This document shows positions 1 to 13,262 of a stretch of 64,000 nucleotides of DNA, piece by piece. The position numbers were made by a program, and so were the translations under genes. The notes beneath the pieces are model-generated. The model was given only the letters and a program-made list of their open reading frames with translations, was not told the origin of the DNA and made no database searches. Positions within the stretch are counted from its first letter, which is position 1, and each line of letters begins with the position of its first letter. This DNA comes from Octopus sinensis. Its lineage: Eukaryota. The stretch is taken from NCBI RefSeq assembly GCF_006345805.1, contig NC_043001.1, positions 7,626,001 to 7,690,000 on the forward strand, given 5' to 3'.

Positions 1-697
1 CGAATTCAATCAAGCGAGTTATCGCTATATTGCGAATGAAATGAACGTTAGAGCAAATGAACTGAGACGTTAGGAAATGTTCAGCATAATTATTTGAAAA
101 TTTGTTTCTTGAGGTTTATACAACTGAATTCATGTTTGAAATCCAAAACAAAAGCAAGGATTTAATACTGATGTAATAGAATAATATTTAGTTATGTCAA
201 ACGAAGGATTTCATTACAAAGATCACTACGCACGAATATGCTTTAAAATAAAGTTTGAAACTTTCGCATATATTCACATTTTTAAGACTGGATACTAAGG
301 AAGAGAATGCAAATTTTTCAACGAATCGTCGGTCACTCGATGTCTGGTTGCAAATCTATTGCGTTAATCCCTGAAGAATGGTTATTAATGACAATAATAT
401 TAAGTAGAATATCATACAAAAGTATGTTTACAGTGAAAAACTGGAACGGAAATGTAAGTTGGCATTTCATAATCCTTTTCTTTTCACCATATTATAATGT
501 TCAGGATAACGAAGCAATGAAACACGGAAATTTAATGTAGTTTGCATGAAATAAAGAATGTATGTGCAATGATGACATCAATGGCACAGATGCACACACA
601 AGCACTCAGAACATACATATGCTGCCATATGCTGATACAAATGTAATTAAGTATACACACACACACACACATATATATATGTATGTGTGTGTGTATC

Positions 698-753
<56 letters not shown>

Positions 754-877
754 GACTGAATTATCTTTTGTTTACCGTTAACATGGAAAAATTCAATAAA
801 CAGTTACCAGGGTCTTCGAAACTTATGTCGAAAGTAAAATAATTTTAATAACATCTTCCTTCAACTCCATTTATTTA

Positions 878-919
<42 letters not shown>

Positions 920-1162
920 TGTGTGTGTGTGTGTGTGTGTGTATGTGTGTGTGTGTGTATATAGATACATAAATAGAGATAGATATATATTGTTTACTAC
1001 ACACAGTATATAAATTTTATGCGGGCATAGCCTGAGGACTGCGTGAAGGTACCAGACGTGTTATTAAATGCTGTCTGTGTTGATTTCATCACACGAAACT
1101 ATTTGCAGGTCATAGAAAATATACACCACATGTTTCAGCTTATTCTTACCTTCTTGAAAGAG

Positions 1163-1194
<32 letters not shown>

Positions 1195-1757
1195 GAGTGT
1201 TTGTGAGCGTGTGAATCCTTGTGTGTGTATTCGTGTGCGGGTGTCTGTGCGTTTGTGTGAATATGTAAGGTCAGAGAATATTTCAATTATCAGATTATTT
1301 CAATGTAGATCACAACACAACACACGAAAATATATGAATAAACTTTAGATAATTTTGAGATAACGAATTATCCGCGAGCAAATCAAATTCGAAATTCTTT
1401 CTAATAATAACAATATCATCTTGCAAACATACAGAAAAGAAATGATAATATACTGCACAGTATTTGTATTGAAATACTGGAGTAAGTGCCACTAGCAATT
1501 TAATTTCATTCACTCAGGATACCGCATATTTCGTATACTCTGAGATAGTATTATAGCCAAGTATTTCCGATGTGTATAGCAAAAATCTTTACTCTATTGA
1601 AGACAGTAAAAATCTCCATATTTTTACGCTAAACCATACAAAATATGTCGTTTTTTTTAGGAAGAGACGAGAATCGATGCTTTTTATTAACAGGTAGTTT
1701 ATATCAAACACACGTATTTCTAGGAGTACATGAATAGGACACATAAAGAAATGCACT

Positions 1758-1825
<68 letters not shown>

Positions 1826-2252
1826 TCCTACATGAAGTCACACTAATATATAGAGATAGATATGTATGTGTGTATATATATATATATATATTGTTATATT
1901 TACTGTGTTCCTGCACAAGCTTCCCATACGTCTTAGATTATTTTAATTTTTTATATATATATTTTCAATTGTTTCTTGTTTTCCTTTCTGATTGTGTGAA
2001 TGCGTACGTGTGTGAGTATATGTAAATGTGCATCTATATATTTTATATGTATATGTGTGTGCGTTTGTATATATATATGTGTGTGTATGCATATATTTGA
2101 GTGTATGACTGTGTCCAGTCCGTAAGTGCGACATTCATGCACACGTACCCTTCATTTATGTGGATATGCATATGTTTGTATACATGCGGGGTGTTAGTGT
2201 TGATAGGAAGATGTATATGCATATATATGTATATATAATATCTATATATATA

Positions 2253-2296
<44 letters not shown>

Positions 2297-2319
2297 TATA
2301 ATTATATTATATATATATA

Positions 2320-2500
2320 AAGTTAATCCAAACAAGAAACCAAAAACAAAAAAACAACAACGCAAGGACGTGGAACAAATAAAGTATTATGGACGATCAG
2401 GAAAGAAGGGAAGAAGGAGGGTTTGACGTTTCGAGCGGAGCTCTTCGTCGGAAACATAGGAGAAGGAAACATCCCGAGAAGGGAAGACAGGGCAAAAAAA
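2320..2500 (-). mobile_element. Short PLE pLTR-like repeat fragment carrying a minimal hammerhead motif
   Basis: Lies between (AT)n tracts; 2320-2398 recurs at ~58093-58180 (AAGTTAATCCAAACAAG...ACGCAAGGACGTGGAA); contains HHR motif at 2421-2455. Confidence 0.6.
2421..2455 (-). ncRNA. Minimal type I hammerhead ribozyme motif, C4 core variant
   Basis: Minus strand: GTTT CCGACGA A GAGC-TCC-GCTC GAAAC GTC AAAC = stem I GTTT/AAAC, core CCGACGA, stem II GAGC/GCTC, GAAA, palindromic stem III (ACGT), GUC triplet. Confidence 0.65.
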
Positions 2501-2522
2501 TCACTAGTGATACAGACGAGGT

Positions 2523-2582
<60 letters not shown>

Positions 2583-3110
2583 TATGTCGTATTTATTTAT
2601 ATACGTGTATGAAGGAGTGTGAATGTATGCTTGTGTATGTATATATATAATATATATATATATATATAGATAAACATCTGTGCGTGTGTGTCTATGTTTA
2701 TATGTTTGTGTACGTACAAGCACATGTAGGTTTGTATGTGTTCATGCATGTGTGTATAAATGTTTGTGTGTGTACGTATGTACACGTTATGTATGCAAGA
2801 TATGTATGTCTATGTATTGTGAGCATAAGTTTGTGTGTATTTTTTAACTGTTTGTCTTGTTTTTTCTTCTACAGCAACGTCCCTTTTATTCAACGGTTTA
2901 TCGTAGCATCTATTGCCATTAATAGCTGACAAGAATGCATCACACCTCTTTGCTCCGACATTCAAACCACCGGCTACCATAATGACAACTTACACTTAGT
3001 TCTAAATTATAACATATATAAATAAGCCTCGATTTATCTATTATCTAGGTCCCATTCTTTAGATGTCACCTCTTCTTATTATTAATTTTATTATTATTAT
3101 TATTATTATT

Positions 3111-3486
3111 CAGTAGTTTTATTTTTATAGCGTGCTTTCACTTCACTACCGAGCGCAGCTCTATGTGCCTTGGGTATGTTCTGTGATTTGTTGTGATGCT
3201 CTGATGGTTATTGTATGGAAAGTGTTCTGCGTAGGATGTGTGCAGTACCTAGTAGTGCAATTTTCTGTATGTTATATGTGTTTGTAAATCCTGGTGTTTT
3301 TGTTATGTATTTGTCTGAATATTTTTTTATCATGCCTAATGCACCTACTATGATAGGAATTGTTTCTGTTTTCAGATTCCACATTCTAGTTACCTCTATT
3401 TCCAGGTCTTTGTATTTTGAGAGTTTCTCCATTTCTTTTAGAGACACGTTGTCATCTGCCGGTATTGATACATCAATTAGAAAGCA

Positions 3487-3487
<1 letters not shown>
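3111..3487 (-). mobile_element. 5'-truncated R4/Dong-type non-LTR retrotransposon (restriction-like endonuclease C-terminus and 3' UTR)
   Basis: Minus frame CFLIDVSIPADDNVSLKEMEKLSKYKDLEIEVTRMWNLKTETIPIIVGALG...IQKIALLGTAHILRRTL matches the RLE C-terminal signature (IDV-IP, EK..KY.DL, IPI.VGALG); (TTA)n on both sides. Confidence 0.85.
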
Positions 3488-3556
<69 letters not shown>

Positions 3557-3931
3557 CACCATCATCATCATCATCATTATTATTGAGTGAGAGAGCAATG
3601 CATGTCATCAAATTGACACTGGAGTAAAATATACGAAGCCCAGTATACCTATCATGACTCTCCGTCATAGAGGGAGATATATATAAATTCGTATTTTACT
3701 GATTTGAATATCGTTCAATAAACTCATATCTATACGACAAATTCTTCGTTTCCTTTTACATTCATGAACAATTTAAACAACTATACCCATCATCGCAAAA
3801 TTAACGCAGATAATCTTGCAGTGAACAATGGTAAAAACAGAGAACTAGGATGCAATCTTCTCTTAAGGATGGCATAATTATATATATATATTATATCTGT
3901 GTGTCTCTGTGTATCTGCGTGTGAGTGTATT

Positions 3932-4182
3932 TTGTTCCTTCTCAAGCCATGCTTTGATTATAAGGGCCGGATTCCCGGTTTCCTTGGTGTATAGGTTCCC
4001 CACCTGGACGTGACGCCGGTCCGTCGCAGGTGAGCTGCAAGATGCAGGAGGAAAGAGTGAGAGATAGTTGTGGCGAAAGAGTCAGTAGAAGTTCGCCACT
4101 ACCTTCTGCCGGAGCCGCGTGGAGCTTAGGTGTTTCGCTCATATACACATCGCCCAGTGTGTTCACTAGGCCATGTGCTTCC
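3932..4182 (-). mobile_element. tRNA-derived SINE, internally deleted; related to the 30410-30780 copy
   Basis: Minus strand begins GGAAGCACATGGCCTAGTG (A box) and shares GAGCGAAACACCTAAGCTCCACG.GGCTCCGGCAG with the 30.4-30.8 kb SINE. Confidence 0.65.
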
Positions 4183-4190
4183 ATATATAT

Positions 4191-4221
<31 letters not shown>

Positions 4222-4394
4222 TCCTTTACTGGTTTGAGCCCAAGTTTGCAGCCATGCGTTTATGAATATCTATTGCAATATTCCTCGTGTGGAACCGTGT
4301 GTTGAGACATATATTATTGTATTTCAGTATGGTAATTTTTGTATATTCTCTTTTGCCATGGAGACACACACAATAATATATACATTATTCACTC

Positions 4395-5500
4395 GTTTGT
4401 CACTGACCCTATTCTGACTAATTAATATCCAATGATCCGGAAATCTTTCGTCACACGTCTGTGACCTCTACATTGACATTTTCCCTCCTCGAGCATGCTC
4501 TTTCTCCGCTTAGTCAATTCGGCTTCTATGATGTATATACTTATATATTTTATGGGGACTACGGCCCTCTCCTCTTCCTCTCCCACACACCCCTTTGCGG
4601 TTGCGTCTGTCCTTGACCCCATTTTGTGGTACCGTTCCTGTATCTCTCTCTGTTTTAGTGTTTGTTCACGCTGCTAACATCGTTGTAGTTGTTGTTGCTA
4701 TTGTTGGTGTTGCTGCCGCTGTTGCTGTTTGCCGCCAGTGTTCCCCCTATACGCTCCACTATGGTACGTGCTCTTTTATCAATGTAAGTAGTTGTCATCT
4801 TTCTGCACATTGTCGCAGAGACGGCACGCAACATAGAGAAACGTATAGGTGAACAATGGCCTGAGCTCAATTACATTTTAGGTTCTTCAGTGCTCAATGA
4901 GAAGATACGGGCTCGCTTAATAGCATAGAGATTAAAATAATATCAACGCATAAAACTGACATGAAACTTAGCCAAATCACAGATGCTACACACAGACCGA
5001 GCCTCAACAAAATACACGAATAGAATAACACACACCGCCACATATCATGTTGACTAATTATAGAAGGGAGAATGATACGATACAAGGAGTATAAAACACA
5101 CACGATAGAGAAATACGCACATACCTATGATGAATAAAAGAAATTGAGATTTAAAAAAAACTGAATAAAGGGCACGGATACAAACAACATATTAAGCGAA
5201 ACCATAAACGCATAAAAACACACAAACAGCAATTGTGGAACGGCCGCAAACATTTCAACAACGCCACCAACAACGACAACAGAAAATACGGCAATAAGAA
5301 AATACAACTACCACGAGTTCAGCAGCGTGGGCGAAGACACACACCCGCACATACACATTAAAACAGTCCGCATAATAGAAAATAATTGAGGAAGCGGAAC
5401 AAGAGCACACACCTGAATGGAAAGTGTCACTGAGGTCATAGAGGTGTGACCAAATATATCCGGGCAATGGATATGAGTCAGAATAGGAACACTAATGAAC
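4395..5500. repeat. Diverged inverted-repeat pair (arms ~4395-4510 and ~5390-5500) of an HHR-like repeat family; third copy at ~61385-61520
   Basis: CCTATTCTGACT..ATATCCA..CCGG..GTCACAC..GTGACCTC (left) mirrors GAGGTCAT..GTGTGACC..CCGG..TGGATATGAGTCAGAATAGG (right). Three-copy consensus: TGTCA CTGAAGA G GTCACA-loop-TGTGAC GAAA N3 (T/A)TC CGGACA. Confidence 0.55.
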
Positions 5501-5587
5501 GACCGAAGAACGAAAATATAACGTGTGTGTTTATTTCTCAAAATAATAGGACTATCCCGAAATGCAACAATATATATAGGCTTGTTA

Positions 5588-5745
5588 GTGTTTCCGGCAA
5601 CCAAATTAACTCACAAGGCTTTGATCTGCCCGGGGCTATAGTAGAAAGTAGAAAACATCTGCCCAAGACGCTATATCAGTGGGGCTGAACGCGGAACGAT
5701 GTGGTTGGTAAGCACGGAACTTACCACACAGTCACTCCTGCGCCT
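5588..5745 (-). mobile_element. tRNA-derived SINE, 5' part (family of 13721-14118)
   Basis: Reverse complement begins AGGCGCAGGAGTGACTGTGTGGTAAG...ACCAACCACATCGTTCCGCGTTCAG. Confidence 0.75.
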
Positions 5746-6546
5746 ATATCCACACACTCGCGCACACAGATTGTTATTTCTTGTCTTGAATCCAATTGCC
5801 ATTCCCAATATTGTAATATTGGAAGGAGATACTAGTTAGATAAACGTTATTTTCAATGTCTGTGTCGATATAGACTTTGTAGGTTTGTATTGGCTTTTGC
5901 AGTCTTTTAGTATGTGCGCCATTCAATTTGTAATCAGGTCAGTGAAAGTCGCGAGAAGAATTAGCGCCATGAAGTTAGTCATTCAAATTCGTTTTTCGAT
6001 CATTCACTTCGCACTTCGGTCAAAGAATTTAGCATTTAAATCATTCAAATTAAAATACCAATCGAGAGCATTCAAATTAGTCGGAATGCAAGGAACCGTC
6101 TTTTCCAGCGTTCAAATTTGTTTCGGAGCAATCTATTTAACATTTCGAGCCATCAAATTGGAACGTACTGGTTTTATCTCATGATCATTGCTATCATAAC
6201 CACCTGTTTTTGTCCATTTTTTTTAGCTTTAAGCACTTTATCGTGTCTATGTATTTTCTATGTGTTTTATTTAATTTTTGCATATGTACATGTATTTATT
6301 GATAAAGACTTGACGAAACCATTTTACAGCATTTTCAATCTTTTTAAGGAAACTCACAATTACAGTAATTGCTCATTTTCTTTGGGTTTGTATACATTAT
6401 GTAGTGATGTGTGTTATTCCTTTAATAATATGTCTTGTTGGGAAAAGTATATCTTTCTTTGGTGTCGCATCTTTTCTTTCATCGGGGAAAGGGTCCTATG
6501 GACACTAGGATGGTTAACGATTTACTGTCGCCGACGGGCTTTTTAG

Positions 6547-6777
6547 GGCGGCGACCTGGCAGAACCGTTAGCACGCCGGGCGAAATGCGTAGCCGTATTT
6601 CGTCTGCCGTTACATTCTGAGTTCAAATTCCGCTGAGGTCGACTTTGCCTTTCATCCTTTCGGGGTCGATAAATTAAGTACCAGTTACGTACTGGGGTCG
6701 ATGTAATCGACTTTATACGTTCGTCTGTCCTTGTTTGTCCCCTCTGTGTTTAGCCCCTTGTGGGCAATAAAGAAATA
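6547..6777 (+). mobile_element. tRNA-derived SINE with Meta-domain-like body, nested in the transposon
   Basis: GGCGGCGACCTGGCAGAACCGTTAG head, GAGTTCAAATTCC B box, GTCGACTTTGCCTTTCATCCTTTCGGGGTCGATAAATTAAGTACCAG body; same family at 43.6, 51.6, 59.3 and 63.2 kb. Confidence 0.85.
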
Positions 6778-6819
6778 GATTTACAGTCTTGATAAGGTGA
6801 GTTCGTTTGAGACAACGTA

Positions 6820-7800
6820 GTCGTCTATCTTCTGGCGGTCTAGGTATCTCATGAGGTAGGTCTGAGTGTTTCTATATCAACGAACACAATTATCTGGAAT
6901 GATAGCGTCAATGTTACTCCTTTCGACCTATTGTATGACATTTGCTCGCCACTCTTTCATGGTCAGGCCGGCTTTTTCTGCAGCTGTTCAGTCGCCAAAA
7001 CTTTGCTGCAGCTCAACTCGAGCGCAGTTCCGCTTGACACCCGCATTAAAAACAGAATGTGCCATTTTCGTACAATTTAGACAAGGCGATTAGTGAGGCA
7101 GGAGTTTTGCGACTGATGTTAGGGTCGGCCTCAGCTGGGAGCTTGGGTCGAACGTGTAGCCGCGCGTAGATAAAGTAGATGGATCCATGCGCTAGGGAGA
7201 TGTCAACACATGCTCGAACTGATTCCACCAAGAACCCCTCGAAAGAGTTTCCTGTCACGGTATCGTTCGCAACGGAGTGGTGAACCGAACCAATTTCTCC
7301 CAACGCGAAATTGACTTTGCGGTTTTTCGCACGCTGACGGTCGACAACTCGGCGAACAGGAACACCTCGGGAGGGGGTGCTTAACCAAAAGACCGCCTGA
7401 TCCAAATGTTGTACCCACATTCATCAATGAATTAGCAATGACCGACAACTCCCTCTTCCATGAACCAATGCACTAACCATAACGCTTTTCCAGAGTTCTT
7501 GGTGCATTTCTTGCATCTGGGACGTCTTCAGCAAACTTCATACTTATCAACATCTCATCTAGAGCCCATGAGATTTCACACACGGAAACAGGTGGCTTTG
7601 CGGGCAATGCTGCCTCTAAGTACCTCTTCATCTGTTGAAGGGTTGCGAGTGGGTTGGCAGCAATAATCACATGGAGCGTTTCCTCATTAACTCTAACGTG
7701 ATGGGCACTACCCTGGATAACTTGTAGCGCCTCCAAGACCGTAGGTATATCACTACTCTGAATCGGACAACACATATTATAATGCCAAGTGAGTCTGCCA
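6820..7800 (-). pseudogene. Degenerate IS630/Tc1-type DDE transposase
   Basis: Joined across frameshifts and stops: HTH-like NPLATLQQMKRYL...VSVCEISWALDEMLISMK...ARNAPRTLEKRY; first catalytic motif FIDECGYNIWIRRSFG; IYFIY-ARLHV (DN missing); LLPH*SPCLNCTK (LPPYSPxLNPIE box). Confidence 0.85.
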
Positions 7801-9015
7801 GTTACAGGTAATCGGTTTGATGCCCCTTGAAGGTGTCAACTAGCCTTGCCGTCTGCTATATGCATGTACCTTATCTATGGCTCTATGTTTATAAGTTGCT
7901 GTAAGAGGATGGGATATAAAATGCAAATGTTACGAATGTTGCAGCGGAAAAGACAATCGTGGAGAGAAAAATCACGTAATTTATTTCTTCGTTGTAGTTA
8001 CAACAACATAATAAAATGTTCATGAGAAATCAAGTAATTTTTAATGTCTCATTTATTAACATCCACTTCTTAGAATGTGAGTAAAACACACATGTAAAAT
8101 TAGTGCTAAATTGAATAAGTTTATTCCGAACTCGAATGCCCACATGCGAGTTTGAATGCTCGAAAAGACGCTTCCTCGCATTCTGATTGATTTGAATGGT
8201 CTCGAGGGGTCTTTCAATTTGAATGATGTAAATGGTAAATCCTTTGACCGAAGTGTGAAAGTGAATTACGGAAAAAAGAATTTGAATGACAAATTTCATG
8301 GTGCTATTATTTTTCGCGACTTTGAAAAAAACCCATTATCAAATTGAATGGCAAACGTACGAATATGACTGCAAAAGCAATATTTCTGATGCATCATTTT
8401 CTGTAAATATATTGAGTACTTCATTCGCATGCATGCTACTTTCACTAAATTTAGGTATTCCATTGTCTTTAGTCTTAATATTATACTACGCTGGATATTA
8501 TAGATGTTGCGATGGTAATTCACAGAACACAAGGAAGCACATGCAATCACACATGAATATATACACAGATACGCGCATACACTGACGCTCATGCTACATG
8601 ACACGTTGCTAGCTTTAATTAAATCCAGTTGTTATGCTGAGTATTACAAAAAAATGCATTTCAAAATTTAAACAATGTCTAGATCAATACATACTCGTTG
8701 AAAATTCTATGACATGTATTGCTTATCTGATGTAATAGCAGCATTTATTTTTGACGAAGTAGCAAGAAAGAGAGACTCCATCAATGAAAACAAATATCAA
8801 TATTCCAAGAAATGCTCTTCCAAAGTTGCAACAAAAAAAGAGTTACAACAAAGACGGATATCATACTAATCATGTGGTGATATTTTCTATATATTTATTA
8901 TATAGATCTATCATTTTTCTCTCTCATTTTCCTCCCTTTCTGACTATCTCTCTGTATTATTCTCTCACACTTAATATATACATATACCACACACACACAA
9001 TATATTAATATATAG

Positions 9016-9680
9016 AGTATGTATTATGTATGCGTGTGCGTGTTGGTGTGTCTCTTGTATCTCTGTGTGCTTACGTGAGCCCGTTGTGTCTAATATAAAT
9101 AATAATAAATGGGAATATATTACTGAACATAGACGTAATTAAAAGAGGCAAACTCTCACATAAACAGGTATATCTAAACATATATATGGTATTACATTAC
9201 CTATTTATACACACATATGTATGTTTGCATACATACACATATATGTATATCTACATATATATACTTATATATTATGTCTATAAATGCATATATAAAAATA
9301 TATTTATATACATACACTCACGCCACACACATATATATATATATATATGTAGTATGTAATGTATGCGTGTGCGTGTTGGTGTGTCTCTTTGTATCTATGT
9401 GTGCTTACGTGAGCCCGTTTGTGTCTAATATAAATAATACATAAATGGGAATATATTACTGAACATAGACGTAATTAAAAGAGGCAAACTCTCACATAAA
9501 CACGCGTATATCTAAACATATATATGGTATTACATTACCTATTTATACACACATATGTATGTTTGCATACATACACATATATGTATATCTACATATATAT
9601 ACTTATATATTCATGTCTATAAATGCATATATATAAATATATTTATATACATACACTCACGCACACACATAGATATATAC
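9016..9680 (+). repeat. Tandem duplication, two ~335-bp copies (~9016-9345 and ~9350-9680)
   Basis: GTATGCGTGTGCGTGTTGGTGTGTCTC...GGGAATATATTACTGAACATAGACG...AAGAGGCAAACTCTCAC occurs twice and is nearly identical. Confidence 0.9.
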
Positions 9681-9683
9681 ATA

Positions 9684-9735
<52 letters not shown>

Positions 9736-10338
9736 TAATATGTATGTATGTTATGCATACGTACATACATACAAACATATATATATTATATATACATATA
9801 TATGTATATACATACGTACATACATACAAACATACATACACACATGTATGTCCATATAGGAGCGTGTGTGTGTTTATTGTATTGAGGTGAGATATCGGTA
9901 TTTTACATGGTTCTACGCGGAATAACGTGAGAGAGAATATAATTTAAACGTCACCAAATATGACAGATATAATCAAGGGAATAAAAAAGCCAAATAAAAT
10001 TTTCAACAATAAATTTAGAATTAGGAAGAAATGCTGAAGACTAATTTTATGAACATCAACTTATTTAGTTATCGACAAATTTATAGCTTAGTTTTTTTCC
10101 ATATATATATATCCAATTATACATAAAATATACACATACATATACATAAATGCCTATCAATATATGTGTGTATGCATAGAAATATTAATTATATATATAT
10201 ATATATATATAAACAAATCAAATTGCGATAAAATAAAAATAATTTTAATCGCTGGTATTACTAACACATATATATATATATATGCTTATATATATGCTTA
10301 TATATATGCTTATATATATGCATGTGTATTGTAATTAT

Positions 10339-10385
<47 letters not shown>

Positions 10386-10418
10386 TATGTATATGTATAT
10401 ACATTATGTATGTATATA

Positions 10419-10469
<51 letters not shown>

Positions 10470-10534
10470 GGGTACCGCACGAGTGGAATTATATCCGATA
10501 GTATGTTTGAAAATGCAATTTAAAAGATGTTTAT

Positions 10535-10579
10535 TTACTTTACCGGTTTCACTCTTTGGAAAAAGATTGTCAAAAGTAA
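10535..10579 (-). ncRNA. Minimal type I hammerhead motif with U3-A8 core
   Basis: Minus strand: TTACTT TTGACAA TCTTT-TTCC-AAAGA GT GAAAC CG GTA AAGTAA = 6-bp stem I, core UUGACAA, stem II, palindromic stem III (ACCGGT), GUA triplet. A second copy at ~55229-55303 (+) keeps TTGACAA. Confidence 0.7.
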
Positions 10580-10664
10580 CATGTGGAAGATTGGTTGCGT
10601 TAATTATTGGTTGTTACAAATTGCTACATTACATATATACAGTCTTTGGTAACAGGGACATGTT

Positions 10665-11020
10665 AAGGACAAAAAAGTTCTACAAGTTCCTTAAAATATT
10701 GGGCACAAAAGATTACTACAAAAATAATCATTCTCAAGGACATGCTTAAGATAGTTTCCAGAAGGAATTGATATTGGTTTTGGTATTGTATCTGTATATT
10801 CAAACATGCACAGAATATTGGTTGACACAGAGTACTACAATCCATATAAATATACATTCTTTGGTGCCAAGAGCATGTTGAGAATATAAAAAAGTTTAAC
10901 AATCGCATTGAAATATTGGGCACAAAAGATTACAACAAATATATTATACATTCTTAAGATAATTTTCAGAGGGAATTATTAAAAAAGTTCAGTAAATATT
11001 GGTATACACGTACAGCATAT
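10665..11020 (+). repeat. Diverged tandem repeat, period ~215 bp
   Basis: AAATATTGGGCACAAAAGATTAC at ~10694 and ~10911; CTTAAGATA.TTT.CAGA.GGAATT follows both. Confidence 0.65.
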
Positions 11021-11215
11021 TATGAGTTCAAAAAGCTTTACGTTATAATACCATGTTAACGTAAAAGAATATTATCTATTTCAAGGGACACAGTAGGTGT
11101 GTTTGTTTGGGGGGAAAAGGAGGAGTAATGTGGAACTGAAAAGAATTTACCCTTTTTGTCTCTCCTTCAAGCATCAATGATTTAGGGGTCAGGATGGGGT
11201 GAGTGTGTGTGTCTT

Positions 11216-11246
<31 letters not shown>

Positions 11247-12315
11247 GTGGTTTGATAGATGTGTCTGTGTGTTTGTAAGATTTGGTAGGATGGTATGTGT
11301 ATATGTATGTCCGTTTGTGAACCGCGTGTGTGGTTGTCTGGGTGTTGTGCGTGTGTGTGTGTGTGCGTGCACGTATGTATGTGTGTGGATGGCATTTGGC
11401 ATGGCGCTGCGTGTGTATATGTGTGTCTTTATGAAGGTCAAAATGGTGTGAGTGTGTGTGTCTTTGTGTGCGTGTATATATATGTATACATGTGTTTGTG
11501 TGTGGCGGGGACTGTTTTTGATTAGTTCCAGCGTCCATTGTGGTGTAAATAGATGTCATTTAAAGAATTTAAATCCTACCAAAATAATTCTTTAAATAAC
11601 CCACCGAGTGCTAAACGCAGCAAAACGTGTATGTGGTCAAAGTAGGTACCTGTGACCAGAAACTGTTATTTGGTGAGAAATGTGAAATGATTCGGCCGGA
11701 TTCGTCTCAAATAGGCCTAGCAATATTTGGGGTGAATTACGCCCAGTTCGTCTCTCAAACTGCATAGTTGGCTCTAAAATTATGCCTATTTATAGAACAT
11801 GTGAACACGATTTCTACATGCTTCAAGAGTAATGCATCACGTATTGTGAGGTTGCTGATTGTGCTATAATCCAGCCGATGTTCTGTAAAATATCTTACTA
11901 CGCCATCTTTTTAAGTCGTCACTCTTTCGATTCAGATTTGAATATTGCTACATGTACATACATACATATATAGGTGCATATATGCATGCATATATGCATC
12001 CTTAAATCGATACATACACAGGAAACTAACATACACAAACACATATATGTATATAAATATGTGTGTATGTATGTTTGTGCGTGTGTGTATACATGCATTC
12101 ATATTTGCATATGTATTTTCACGTGAGTTCTTAATGGAAATTGATGGGCTTTGCATGCCTATAGTAAGGGTTGAATGTCCGTCTTCTGTTTATTTCAATG
12201 AATTTTCCAGTCGCCACTATTGAAACCGCAGTAAGTAGGACTACATATACAAGTGAAATAAAAATGGCTGACTTCAGGTCAAATTCCTTTCAATATAAAC
12301 ATTACGACATTCCCC

Positions 12316-12362
<47 letters not shown>

Positions 12363-12371
12363 ATATATATA

Positions 12372-12413
<42 letters not shown>

Positions 12414-12449
12414 TATATATATATATATATCTATATTATATATATTATA

Positions 12450-12508
<59 letters not shown>

Positions 12509-12888
12509 TATAATGTATGTATGTAATATATACATATGTATAAATTAAATTATAGATAAAACCACTATTAGACAAATCAAACAGTGAAAAACATAAACCA
12601 AACAGAAATTAAAATCAAATAAATAATATACTACATATTAAATATAAAATTTAAAATTATTAATTTATATTTGTAAATATTATTTAAATATATATATATA
12701 TATATTTTTTTTTTTTTAATATTTATATTTTTATTTTATTTATTTTTTTTAAAATTATATCAGATATATATAACTATCAAAAAGTATTAAAAAGTATACA
12801 TATATATATATTGTGAAATTTGATTTATTATTTCTAAATTTAATTTTTCCCTGTAAGTTTGGAATAATATTCCTTCATATTATTATTA

Positions 12889-12930
<42 letters not shown>

Positions 12931-13155
12931 TTGCTTTTAATTTTATGGTGAAGACAGTTTAACATTAAATTGGAGAATGCTTTAATACATTGTAGAGTAA
13001 CAAATTTATGAACCTATAAAATTGTTGACTGTTTACCCATCAGCAGTCAGGTGAAATATCGAAGCCATAGTCAACAACAATCTTGTATAATAATAATACA
13101 CTCACACACGCACGCACACATGCACACACTCGCCCACACACATACGTACATTCAT

Positions 13156-13207
<52 letters not shown>

Positions 13208-13226
13208 GTATATATATATATATGTA

Positions 13227-13262
<36 letters not shown>

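Larger units (their letters stand above)
5890..8380 (-). mobile_element. IS630/Tc1/mariner-superfamily DNA transposon with ~230-bp TIRs and TA target-site duplications
   Basis: Left TIR ~5890-6120 (TTGGCTTTTGCAGTC...) is the diverged reverse complement of right TIR ~8150-8380 (...GACTGCAAAAGCAA); TA at 5888-5889 and 8381-8382; internal DDE transposase relic. Confidence 0.85.

Noticed and set aside
810-845. Hammerhead 3' half (TTC GAAAC TTAT GTC GAAAGTAAAA)
   Set aside because: No matching 5' core or stem I partner nearby; at most a truncated repeat.
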